From a virus, in the IMG/VR virus record IMGVR_UViG_3300046170_000450, positions 22,912 through 86,911 of that record: a DNA stretch of 64,000 nucleotides. The stretch is one strand, 5' to 3'. Of this stretch, positions 26,484-35,773 are shown one piece after another. How positions within the stretch are numbered: position 1 is the stretch's first letter; each line of letters begins with the position of its first letter. The notes below the pieces were generated by a model that was given only the letters and a program-made list of their open reading frames with translations, was not told the DNA's origin and did no database searches. Made by a program: the position numbers and the translations under genes.

Positions 26484-26879
26484 TTAGTTATAAATCAAAG
26501 ATTGGTTGTTAAATGTAAGGATCTCCCCGTTGAATATAAGTTCATCGCCTGATTCTAGGATCAATTTAAATCCATCTTCGTCCAAAATGAAGTTGCCATT
26601 TTCAAGCTGTAGACAATCTGTAAAAAAATCAGCAACGTCTTGAGGTCTAAATCCCGCATCTATAGGATGAGCTATTTTATCAGCGAGGCCAAATTTATTT
26701 AATTTTCTGTTTAACTCTTGTATAACATGAGTAAACATATGAAAGTTTTGAGATTCACTTATTGGATACGAAACCAAAAGAGAATCTATCCGACTTGTAA
26801 AAGAGTTTACAGTATCGTCGTCCCAATTAAATGTTTGGTGTATTTCTTTTTCTAGAAGATGGATATTTTCTGCGCTCAT
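26484..26879 (-). CDS. hypothetical, probably virion-associated protein
   Basis: L.LENG...LDEDG..L.LE motif; GTGTAA upstream. Confidence 0.6.
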   Translation of the reverse strand: MSAENIHLLEKEIHQTFNWDDDTVNSFTSRIDSLLVSYPISESQNFHMFTHVIQELNRKLNKFGLADKIAHPIDAGFRPQDVADFFTDCLQLENGNFILDEDGFKLILESGDELIFNGEILTFNNQSLIYN

Positions 26880-26900
26880 ATACTATAGTGTATTACACAC

Positions 26901-27009
26901 AAAAAACCCCATAATCTTGATAACCAAGAAAATGGGGTTTAAAATTCTATGCGACCGAATAGCAAAACACACCACGCGATTAAGCAGATGGAGGTGAATA
27001 GTGTTACAC
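26901..27009 (-). ncRNA. candidate ~95-nt small RNA
   Basis: GTGTAA motif (27004-27009), no minus-strand ORF seen, then a CCCCAT...ATGGGG hairpin plus T run terminator. Confidence 0.4.
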
Positions 27010-27064
27010 TTAAAAACAAAGAAAAAAGAAAAAAAAAATAAAAATAAAAAGTGTAAATGAGTTT

Positions 27065-27853
27065 ATGTTTGTAGGTTCGGAAGATACAAAGGTGATTATA
27101 CAAGGTTACGCCATAACTGGCGTAACGGATATATCATTCACTTCCAATATTGAAGAAGATGCGGTCGTGTTACTTGCTGAAAGGGGTATAACTAGAAAGA
27201 TTAATAAAGGGCATACAATACAATGCAAAATTTCAAAACCTTATTTAGGCAGAGATAGATTTCAAGAATTTACAGGAATTACCGATCTTTCTGGCCAATT
27301 TGTATATGGCGCGAATGCCGTGGAATTTAATGAGGCGACTATTTCTTCATATTCTATATCTGTAGATACCAACAGTTCTCCGAAAATATCAATAGATATG
27401 AAAATATTTGGAGATTTCAAACCAACAACAAACATCGCCTCCACGCAGAGCGATTATTCTTTCGAAGAATTGGGCCCAGATTCCGTTTCAATAAATGTTG
27501 AGGGGAGAAATTCAGTTTTAACAGATTTTTCGTATAGTGTGAATTTTGATGTTAAACCCACATATGAAATAGATTCTATAAAATCTTCCAGCGCCAAAAT
27601 TTTATCTCCAATAAAATATAGCACATCCGCCAAAATGTTAATGGACGAACAAGAATTTCAAGATGTTACTGGATTAATTCAATCAGAGACATTTAACAGA
27701 AATATAACATTTGATATACGGGATACAGGGAACTCTGTTTTAAATACTTATAATATCCCAAACGCAAGTATAAGATCCCAGGAAGTTGGTGTTGCGGCTG
27801 GAGATTTGGTTCAGTTTTCAATACAATATCAGGGGCTACAACTAAATGCTTAA
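27065..27853 (+). CDS. tail-tube-like structural protein
   Basis: Beta-rich internally duplicated fold; paralogous to the N-terminus of 27846-29156; GTGTAA-N8-ATG. Confidence 0.55.
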   Translation: MFVGSEDTKVIIQGYAITGVTDISFTSNIEEDAVVLLAERGITRKINKGHTIQCKISKPYLGRDRFQEFTGITDLSGQFVYGANAVEFNEATISSYSISVDTNSSPKISIDMKIFGDFKPTTNIASTQSDYSFEELGPDSVSINVEGRNSVLTDFSYSVNFDVKPTYEIDSIKSSSAKILSPIKYSTSAKMLMDEQEFQDVTGLIQSETFNRNITFDIRDTGNSVLNTYNIPNASIRSQEVGVAAGDLVQFSIQYQGLQLNA

Positions 27854-29156
27854 TGGATCAGAAGAGAGCCATATAATACTGCAAGATGTATTGCTAACTG
27901 GCATAGGCAACATATCTTTCCAATCAACCAATCAGGAAGGATTTACAAAGCTACTCGCAAACAGGGGAATAAACAGAAAAATTTACAAGCCGCCGACAAC
28001 GACTTGTAGTTTTTCTAAACCTTATAATGGTAAGGATTATTTGCAATCATTAACTGGAGCTACTAATTTATCTGGGCAATTTATATACGGAAACAATGCA
28101 ATAGATTTTACTGATGCAGTTATTTCTAGTTATGGTTTAGATTTAGATTCCAATGGTTTTGGCGAAATAAGCGTGACACTTCAAATTTTTGGAGACATGA
28201 AACCAACTACCAATTTAAAACTTTTAACAGCCTCCAATGATTTCGAAGCGTTAGATATGACCCCTGCGATTTTTTCTCTTAATCTAGATGATAAAAATTC
28301 TGCTATAAAATCCTTGAATTACGAAGCTGTATTTGATGTAAAACCTACAAGCAATATCGGCAGCATAAATTATTCAAATGTCAATATATTTTCTCCAGTA
28401 GTTCATAAAATAAATGCTAATATCGAAATGCTGGAGCAAGAAATAGAAGATGTCACGGGGTTAATTCAAGAAGACAAATTTAATAAAAAAATAGATATAA
28501 TCTTTTCGCCAAAAGAAAACGAATCAAGCATCAACAGGATTTTTGAAATACAATCCATAATAAAGGATATAGAGTCTAGCGGCATCGCTTTAGATGACTT
28601 AGATTTTTCTATCGGTACTTGCGCACTAAATTCTTTTCAATTTGAAAAAAGCGCACTAACAAATCAAACATTGGACTCTAGAGCTGGAGAAGTTGTTCAA
28701 CTATCTAATGAGTACAGCGCCTATTCAACAATTGAAAAAGTAACTGGCTCTCTACCAACTCCATCGGAATTCAATACCTGTGCGGAACATTTATCCCAAT
28801 TAGAAGAAAATCTTAATACTGCTTTATTTAGATTAAATGGTACTCTTTATGCAAATGAAGTTGATTATGAAGATAGAGAAGCAGGCCAAACTGATTTCAA
28901 TTTATGGCTCCGTGAAATATCAACAAGAGAACCAAAAACTGGAGAAGATTTTGAGCTTAAGGTTTTGGGCGCATATCCCACAAACATAAAAGCTCATATT
29001 GACATATACTATGAAAGCCAAATTGATTTCGAAAATCAAAATACTGGACAAACGGATCAACAACTATTAGGTTTTATTGATATTTATTATGGAAACCAGG
29101 TAGATTTCGAAAACATAAGCACTGGAGAAACAGATCAAGATTTAAATCAATTTTAA
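27846..29156 (+). CDS. tail-tube-like structural protein with C-terminal (I/V)DFE...GQTD repeats
   Basis: Shares LLA.RGI.RKI, SKPY.G.D, LSGQF.YG.NA, IFGD.KPTTN with the upstream gene. Confidence 0.55.
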   Translation: MLNGSEESHIILQDVLLTGIGNISFQSTNQEGFTKLLANRGINRKIYKPPTTTCSFSKPYNGKDYLQSLTGATNLSGQFIYGNNAIDFTDAVISSYGLDLDSNGFGEISVTLQIFGDMKPTTNLKLLTASNDFEALDMTPAIFSLNLDDKNSAIKSLNYEAVFDVKPTSNIGSINYSNVNIFSPVVHKINANIEMLEQEIEDVTGLIQEDKFNKKIDIIFSPKENESSINRIFEIQSIIKDIESSGIALDDLDFSIGTCALNSFQFEKSALTNQTLDSRAGEVVQLSNEYSAYSTIEKVTGSLPTPSEFNTCAEHLSQLEENLNTALFRLNGTLYANEVDYEDREAGQTDFNLWLREISTREPKTGEDFELKVLGAYPTNIKAHIDIYYESQIDFENQNTGQTDQQLLGFIDIYYGNQVDFENISTGETDQDLNQF

Positions 29157-29174
29157 AAAAGTGTAATAAACATT

Positions 29175-30056
29175 ATGGCTGGTGGATTTATATACGAAAA
29201 AACAATAGATAGTTCCTTTCAAGATGGAACGGACAAAAGCTTACTTATTGAACCTAATTACGCTTACCAAGTTCCATTGACATTTGGTAGCGATTGGGAA
29301 GAAATAAAAATAGGTATGTTTGTTAGTTTCGTGCAAACAGGAGCGGGAAACGAAAATAAAGGTATTATAGGTTCTACCACGATTGACGCTGGCGGGACAA
29401 CAAATGATACTTTTACTTATTTAGGATTGATTAAAGAGCAAGATCAAAACTCTTTGCCATTATCTACAAATAATAGCGGCTTTATTGGCACTCAATCTAG
29501 ATATATGTATGTTATCAATAACAGCTCCTATGCCTACAATAAAATGACGCACCCTGATTATGGCGCCCCTACCCAAGGTGATAATAAATTCTTTTCAAGT
29601 TACCAAGGCCAAGAGTTAGAGGCGCGAGAAATAACCGAGAGTCAAGGAAATTTTAATATAGTAGGAACAACAGGAACTTCTTCCCTCAACGCATATCCAC
29701 ATAAAGAAGATTATTTTTGCTCCTATTGGGGTCTTAGCTATAAGGTTTTAAATAAAGGACAGAGCGACCAGCTAATCGGTTTTACAGCTTCACAGTATGA
29801 TATATCTACCACACCTTCAGCAAGAAATGGCATGAATTTTAACAAAATAGAAGATCCAAGTATAGAAAATTTAAAAAATATAATAAACGGTATAGGAGAA
29901 TACGAATATCCCAATTTACATGGTAATACGTCGACAGGGTTTGTTTGGAACAAAGATGCAAGCGCTTTAGCTTTACCAGATTCTTTATTTTTTTACAACG
30001 CATTCCAATCTACAAGACCAAGAATCCATGCTTGGGCGGTGAAAAAGATATCTTAA
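29175..30056 (+). CDS. hypothetical late protein
   Basis: 293 aa ORF, GTGTAA-N8-ATG. Confidence 0.6.
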   Translation: MAGGFIYEKTIDSSFQDGTDKSLLIEPNYAYQVPLTFGSDWEEIKIGMFVSFVQTGAGNENKGIIGSTTIDAGGTTNDTFTYLGLIKEQDQNSLPLSTNNSGFIGTQSRYMYVINNSSYAYNKMTHPDYGAPTQGDNKFFSSYQGQELEAREITESQGNFNIVGTTGTSSLNAYPHKEDYFCSYWGLSYKVLNKGQSDQLIGFTASQYDISTTPSARNGMNFNKIEDPSIENLKNIINGIGEYEYPNLHGNTSTGFVWNKDASALALPDSLFFYNAFQSTRPRIHAWAVKKIS

Positions 30057-30073
30057 AGTGTAATAAGATTTGA

Positions 30074-30766
30074 ATGTCTAACAAACTTGAATTCAAACAA
30101 TTGAATCATAAAATAAGATTCAAAGAGCGTAAATTTAAATTTACTGAAAATCAAATTGATTTTTTAAAAACAGCGCTTCATGCAGATTCGCAATTATTGT
30201 TTTTATCTGGCCCTGCTGGCACCGCAAAGACCTATATGGCTGTATATTCGGCTTTGCAGGCCATGATAGACTCTAACCTTGAAAAAGGTATTCTATACAT
30301 CAGGAGCATAGCTGAGAGCGCACAGAGAAGCATGGGTGCGCTGCCAGGGTCTTTAGAAGAAAAGTTTGCAGTTTTTGCAGGCCCATTTTACGATAAGCTG
30401 GATGAAATGCTTAATACTTCTGACATTAAGATTTTAAGAGAAAAAAATATGTTTGATTGCATACCTGTTAATTATGTGAGGGGCGCGAACTGGGACGATA
30501 CAATTGTAATCATTGATGAGGCTCAGAACTTTTCTTATAGTGAATTAGTGACTGTTTTAACGAGAATAGGAGAAGGTTCAAAAATAATTATATGCGGAGA
30601 CATTATGCAAAGCGATATTAGTAATAGCGGATTTGCTGAAATTTTCAACACGTTTGATAATGAAGACTCTGTAGAAAATGGAGTTATATGCAAACGATTT
30701 AGCACAGAAGACATTAAGAGAAGTAGGATCGTAAAATTTATCGTATCAAAACTTGAGAATAATTAA
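30074..30766 (+). CDS. phoH: PhoH-family ATPase
   Basis: GPAGTAKTY, LPG.LEEK, YVRG, IIDEAQN, LTRIGEGSK...GDI.QSD, EDIKRS.IV. Confidence 0.92.
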   Translation: MSNKLEFKQLNHKIRFKERKFKFTENQIDFLKTALHADSQLLFLSGPAGTAKTYMAVYSALQAMIDSNLEKGILYIRSIAESAQRSMGALPGSLEEKFAVFAGPFYDKLDEMLNTSDIKILREKNMFDCIPVNYVRGANWDDTIVIIDEAQNFSYSELVTVLTRIGEGSKIIICGDIMQSDISNSGFAEIFNTFDNEDSVENGVICKRFSTEDIKRSRIVKFIVSKLENN

Positions 30767-30785
30767 AATAAATTTATAATAGTTT

Positions 30786-31100
30786 ATGGCTATTAAATTT
30801 TGTACAGATTGCGGCAAGAAGATTGAATATAAATTCAGTCCGCCCAAGTTTTGTTCTGATTGTGGAAGCTCGCTTGATTCGTCTTGCGCAAGCGAAGATT
30901 CACCAATCAGTAGAAAAGCGAAAAAAATTGAATCTCTAGGTGAAGATGAGACAGATGCAGAATATGTACCTCGTATCACAAGGCTTGAATACGAAATCGA
31001 CAATTTTGGGGCGGACGTTCAGCAAACAATGGGTTCTCTAGCTGGTAAACGCCCTTTGGTTAGAAACAAAAGAACCGTTAGAAACATTAATGATTTATAA
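30786..31100 (+). CDS. double zinc-ribbon protein
   Basis: FCTDCG...KFCSDCG. Confidence 0.75.
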   Translation: MAIKFCTDCGKKIEYKFSPPKFCSDCGSSLDSSCASEDSPISRKAKKIESLGEDETDAEYVPRITRLEYEIDNFGADVQQTMGSLAGKRPLVRNKRTVRNINDL

Positions 31101-31771
31101 TGTACAGTTTCGAAGACAAGCTGAAAGAAATAGAAGTAGCTTTAGAACGCAAGAGATCAAAATGGGATTTAGACGCTTTAGCTTATATTGATTACGACGA
31201 CATTAAACAAACTATTATGTGCCACATACATAAAAAGTGGCATTTATGGAATCAATCAAAACCAATCGAACCTTGGTTAAGTAGAGTTGTATCTAATCAA
31301 TTTAAAAACTTACTACGCAATCATTACGGCAATTATGCCAGACCGTGTTTAAGGTGCAAGTATAATCTTGGAGGCGATGGTTGTAGCAAAACAAAAAGCG
31401 GAATACAAGATAATCGTTGTACGGAATATAAAGATTGGGAGCGGAAGAAAAAAGCCGCCTATGATATCAAGCTCGCCGTTACAATAGAGCACCACACCCA
31501 TGAAGTACATGAAAGGAAAGATGAGTTTCTTGATTTAGAGTTGGCGACGTTCAAGCTTTCGAGCGAAATCAAAGAAGAACTTACGCCAAGGCAATTTACA
31601 GCTTTTCAAATGCTCTTCATTCAAAACAAACCCGAAGAAGAGGTCGCAAAATTTTTGGGATTCAAAACAACAGAAAAAAGGAGATCAGCGGGGTACAAGC
31701 AAATCAAGAATTTGAAAAAAATTTTTCAAGACAAAGCCAAACAAATTATCAAAAATAAGGATATTATATGA
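31100..31771 (+). CDS. phage-encoded sigma70/ECF-like sigma factor with Cys-rich insert
   Basis: Region-2-like DDIKQ...W...WL.RVVSNQFKNLLR and region-4-like LTPRQ..AF.M......EEVAKFLG. Confidence 0.65.
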   Translation: MYSFEDKLKEIEVALERKRSKWDLDALAYIDYDDIKQTIMCHIHKKWHLWNQSKPIEPWLSRVVSNQFKNLLRNHYGNYARPCLRCKYNLGGDGCSKTKSGIQDNRCTEYKDWERKKKAAYDIKLAVTIEHHTHEVHERKDEFLDLELATFKLSSEIKEELTPRQFTAFQMLFIQNKPEEEVAKFLGFKTTEKRRSAGYKQIKNLKKIFQDKAKQIIKNKDII

Positions 31772-32814
31772 TTGAATTAACAGACCATCAAAAAGAATTT
31801 ATCCTAAATATGTTCGAAGACGATCCGAATATCATCAACATTACGAAAAAGGTATTTGATAATGACGAGCTTGATGGGAGATCAAAAGAAGGGCGCAGTG
31901 TCAGTAAATTTTTGGCTAAAAATGGTCTAAAGGCTAAAACGACAAAACGAGAAAAGATAAAAGAAATACCGCTTTCTCAAGAGCAGTTAGAAAAAATCGA
32001 AGAACTAAAGCAAGACAAATTAAATACTTCAGAAATAGCTGATATTATATTTCAGACTAAAGTAACCAGATTGTCTAAAGAATGGCGCTCTGTAAATGAA
32101 ATAATAAATCAAAGCAAGGAAGAAGAAAAAGATAAGGGGGAGGATTCTGCTGGAAATTATATTGCTCCTCAAGCAGTTTCTAGAATAATTAAAAAAATTA
32201 ACGACTCAACTGGATACGGTTTAGAGGAGGGTAAAATGTCTAGAAACCAGCATACTTGCTGCGATAAGTTAAGGGTAAATTTATCGAATTCGCGATTTGT
32301 GGCTATTGTAAATAACTATATAAACGCAAGAGATAAAGAATTATTTGAGCAAGAATTTATTCGACTGACTTGGGACAAGCCAGACCTTACCCCAGACGAA
32401 CTAAACCTTTACATGAACGTATGCAAAGAAATTATTAATTTAGAACTTATTACCTCTCACCTGCAAAAACTAAACGATATGTTTGAGTCTGCGGACGATC
32501 AAGATGAGATGAGTATTAGATTAGCAGAGATTATCAAAGCCAAAAGTTCAGAGTATCACCAGTGTGAAACTCGTATTGAAAATCTTACAAAAAAACTTCA
32601 GGGGGATCGTGGGGCTCGTTTAGCTAGCAAGCAAAAAGATACAGCTTCATTTCTTTCTATAGTTCAGCTTTTTCAGGAAGAAGAAGAGCGACAAAATATG
32701 GTTAGAATAGCTGAAATGCAAAAGGAAGTAATTAAAGAAGAGGCTCAACGTCTCGAAGGTATGGCCGCATGGAAGGCTCGTGTTCTAGGGATCGGTATTG
32801 AAGATGTCTTATAA
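31768..32814 (+). CDS. helical/coiled-coil protein upstream of terminase (possible small terminase)
   Basis: 348 aa ORF; function inferred only from position and coiled-coil C-terminus. Confidence 0.4.
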   Translation: MIELTDHQKEFILNMFEDDPNIINITKKVFDNDELDGRSKEGRSVSKFLAKNGLKAKTTKREKIKEIPLSQEQLEKIEELKQDKLNTSEIADIIFQTKVTRLSKEWRSVNEIINQSKEEEKDKGEDSAGNYIAPQAVSRIIKKINDSTGYGLEEGKMSRNQHTCCDKLRVNLSNSRFVAIVNNYINARDKELFEQEFIRLTWDKPDLTPDELNLYMNVCKEIINLELITSHLQKLNDMFESADDQDEMSIRLAEIIKAKSSEYHQCETRIENLTKKLQGDRGARLASKQKDTASFLSIVQLFQEEEERQNMVRIAEMQKEVIKEEAQRLEGMAAWKARVLGIGIEDVL

Positions 32815-33721
32815 ATGTAAAGAATGTGAAGCTGAGTTTAACTCAGAAAAAAGCCTTCATGCGCATCTTAAGGCACACAAGATGTATGTAGCTGACTATT
32901 ATATTAAACATTACCCAAGGTTTAATAAGTTAAATGGCAACCCGCTACCCTTTAAGAAAAAAGACGAATACTTTGAAAATGATTTTATCAATAGATCACA
33001 ACTTGTAAAGTGGTGCGAGTCTGCGCCAGATGAAGAAGTCAAGAGCTATATTATTGAGTTAGGTAAAAAAAGAATTGAAAGAAAAAAGTATGAGAATGCA
33101 CCCTTTCATTTAGAGCTTCTCAAACGACAGTTGCCAGATATAGATCTTTATAAAAAACACTTCGGTACATATACCAATGCTTGTGAGGCTATGGGATCGA
33201 AGCCCATATTCTACAAGGGAATGCCAAAGGAATTTATGAATAATGTGGAAGTTGAAGTTCTGATCGACACTAGGGAGCAGCAACCGTTAGAGTTCAATAA
33301 ATCTACAATTTTAAAGTTAGACTTTGGAGATTACACTTTGGGTGGAGATGATTTTACTAATACATTTGTAGATAGAAAAAGCGCTGGCGATTTTTTATCA
33401 ACCTTTGGAGGGCAAGTAGATAGGTTTAGAAGAGAGATGAAAAGATGTGTTGAGCTAGATAGCTATATGTATATTGTTGTGGAGAAGCCCTTAGCAGCAA
33501 TAGAGAAGGAGGCTATGTTCACAAAAGGGAGAAGAGTTTCTAAACTAGGATGGGTTTTCTCTAACTTAATTTCTGTCCAACACGAGTTCGCGGGTCATTG
33601 CCAATTTGTATTTACAGACAGTAGGAGCCATAGTGAAGAAATTATACCTAAACTTTTAAGTCTGGGCAAAAAGCTTTGGGACGTAGACGTGCAATATTTT
33701 TTAGACAAGGAGGAAAGATGA
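32804..33721 (+). CDS. C2H2 zinc finger + ERCC4 (XPF/Mus81-like) nuclease
   Basis: CKEC...F.....L..H...H; IDTREQ.PL, GDY, V(D)RKS..DF, YIVVE. Confidence 0.8.
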   Translation: MSYKCKECEAEFNSEKSLHAHLKAHKMYVADYYIKHYPRFNKLNGNPLPFKKKDEYFENDFINRSQLVKWCESAPDEEVKSYIIELGKKRIERKKYENAPFHLELLKRQLPDIDLYKKHFGTYTNACEAMGSKPIFYKGMPKEFMNNVEVEVLIDTREQQPLEFNKSTILKLDFGDYTLGGDDFTNTFVDRKSAGDFLSTFGGQVDRFRREMKRCVELDSYMYIVVEKPLAAIEKEAMFTKGRRVSKLGWVFSNLISVQHEFAGHCQFVFTDSRSHSEEIIPKLLSLGKKLWDVDVQYFLDKEER

Positions 33722-35568
33722 GTTGGGATATAGGAAATCAAAAGCCTTTAAAGAGGGAGCCAGTTAATAATCAAGTTATGGGTCTTGAGGGTTATCTTGA
33801 GGACACTAAAGCGAAAATTTGGTTGTATAAATTTTTAAAGGAAAATGTAACCTTTACTACTGAATTGCTTACTGGCATCGAGCTATTCCCATTTCAGCAC
33901 ATGGCGGTTAAAGCAATGATGGAGAACGATTACTTTTTGGGTATCTGGTCTCGTGGTATGTCTAAGTCTTTCTCTACTGGTATTTTCGCATTGCTAGACG
34001 CAATGATGAACCAAGGTGTACATATTGGAATCATTTCAAAATCGTTTCGTCAATCTAAGATGATCTTTCGTAAAATAGAAGATATATCACAAGACCCTAA
34101 AGCTGAACTGTTTAGACAGTGTATAGGCAAGGTAAGCAAGTCTAATGATGAATGGTCAATGCAAATTGGTAAGAGCCGCATTACTGCCTTGCCGCTTGGT
34201 GACGGAGAAAAGCTTCGTGGTTTTCGTTTCCAGCGTATTATTATTGATGAGCTTCTACTTATGCCAGAAAAAGTTTTGAACGAAGTTATTATGCCGTTCC
34301 TAGCTGTTGTGGAAAACCCCACAGAACGTCAAAAAATTAAAGATGCAGAAGACGCAATGATTGAGGCTGGCAAGATGACAGAAGAGGAAAGAACCGAATG
34401 GCCATCTAATAAAATGATTGGTTTGTCGTCAGCATCATACAAGTTTGAATATCTCTACAAAATGTATCAAGCCTATGAGAACATGATCTTTAATCCTGGA
34501 GCAAAAAATCAAGGCAGAAGATGCATTATGCAGTTTAGTTATGATTGCGCCCCAAAAGCCCTATATGATGAAAACTTAATATCTCAAGCAAGAGGAACAA
34601 TGAGTCAGTCGCAAATCGACCGAGAGTTTAATGCTCAATTTACCGATGACAGTGCTGGCTATTTTAAGATTAGTAAGATGGCTGAATGCACTATTGAGGA
34701 TGGGGAATCCCCTGCCGTAGAAGTGGCTGGCGATCCAGACGCAGGGTATATAATGGCGTTTGACCCCTCTTGGTCTGAGTCAGAAACTTCTGATGATTTT
34801 GCTATACAAGTTATAAAGCTCATGCCAGAAAAAAAGAAAGGTGTCGTTGTCCACAGTTATGCACTTCCTGGGACAAACCTAAAAAAACATATGACTTATT
34901 TTAAATATCTTTTAGATAGTTTTAATATTATTATGATTGTAGGAGACTACAATGGAGGCGTGCAGTTTATAAACTCTTGCAACGAAAGCGATATGTTTAA
35001 AAAAGAAAAGTTAGAAATAGGGGTTTTTGATCCAAAACTAGATAATCCACACGATTATGAAAAAGACTTGAGGGACGCTAGAAGGAATTACAATAAAAGT
35101 AGCAATACCATATGCATATTAAGAAAGCCAGTGTCCAACTGGATTAGAAGCGCAAATGAAATGTTGCAAACAGCTTTTGATAGAAAGAGGTTATATTTTG
35201 CTGCGACCGCTATGGATGATAATTATTCTTTGCAAAAAGCAAAAAAGATTCCGATCAAGGAATTAAAGTTTTCAAAGTATGAAGACGAAAAGAATGTTGG
35301 GGCAAAGATGATTGACTTCATTGAACATCAAAAGGATATGATAGACTTAACGAAAGCTGAATGCGCACTTATACAAGTAACTTCGTCTGCTGGAGGCACT
35401 CAAAGTTTTGATCTTCCCAGCAATTTAAAAAGACAGAAGGGCGTAGATAGACCTAGAAAAGACTCCTATTCCGCTATTGTGCTAGGCAATTGGGGTATGA
35501 ATATTTATTACGATATGATGAATATTCCCGAAGAAGCTAACCATGGATTTACTCCGATGTTTATTTAA
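33718..35568 (+). CDS. terL: terminase large subunit
   Basis: L.PFQ, SRGMSKS Walker A, LRGFR, IIIDE Walker B, SSA, REF.A.F, DPS...SDD nuclease, KD.YSA. Confidence 0.9.
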   Translation: MSWDIGNQKPLKREPVNNQVMGLEGYLEDTKAKIWLYKFLKENVTFTTELLTGIELFPFQHMAVKAMMENDYFLGIWSRGMSKSFSTGIFALLDAMMNQGVHIGIISKSFRQSKMIFRKIEDISQDPKAELFRQCIGKVSKSNDEWSMQIGKSRITALPLGDGEKLRGFRFQRIIIDELLLMPEKVLNEVIMPFLAVVENPTERQKIKDAEDAMIEAGKMTEEERTEWPSNKMIGLSSASYKFEYLYKMYQAYENMIFNPGAKNQGRRCIMQFSYDCAPKALYDENLISQARGTMSQSQIDREFNAQFTDDSAGYFKISKMAECTIEDGESPAVEVAGDPDAGYIMAFDPSWSESETSDDFAIQVIKLMPEKKKGVVVHSYALPGTNLKKHMTYFKYLLDSFNIIMIVGDYNGGVQFINSCNESDMFKKEKLEIGVFDPKLDNPHDYEKDLRDARRNYNKSSNTICILRKPVSNWIRSANEMLQTAFDRKRLYFAATAMDDNYSLQKAKKIPIKELKFSKYEDEKNVGAKMIDFIEHQKDMIDLTKAECALIQVTSSAGGTQSFDLPSNLKRQKGVDRPRKDSYSAIVLGNWGMNIYYDMMNIPEEANHGFTPMFI

Positions 35569-35617
35569 AAAGTTCGAAAAGTGACTTTTAAAAAGTGTAA
35601 CTAACTTTATAATAGCT

Positions 35618-35773
35618 ATGCCGATACCGAAACCAGGAAAAAAGGAAGAACAAAAACAATTCATGTCTCGTTGCTTGGGCGACAAGGTGATGAAAGAAGA
35701 ATTTAAAGACATCAATCAGAGAATTGCGGTATGCATAACATCATTTAAAGAAAAGGACAAAAAAGATGGCTAA
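35618..35773 (+). CDS. small head-morphogenesis-associated peptide (51 aa)
   Basis: Hand translation MPIPKPGKKEEQKQFMSRCLGDKVMKEEFKDINQRIAVC...; GTGTAA at 35595-35600. Confidence 0.6.
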   Translation: MPIPKPGKKEEQKQFMSRCLGDKVMKEEFKDINQRIAVCITSFKEKDKKDG

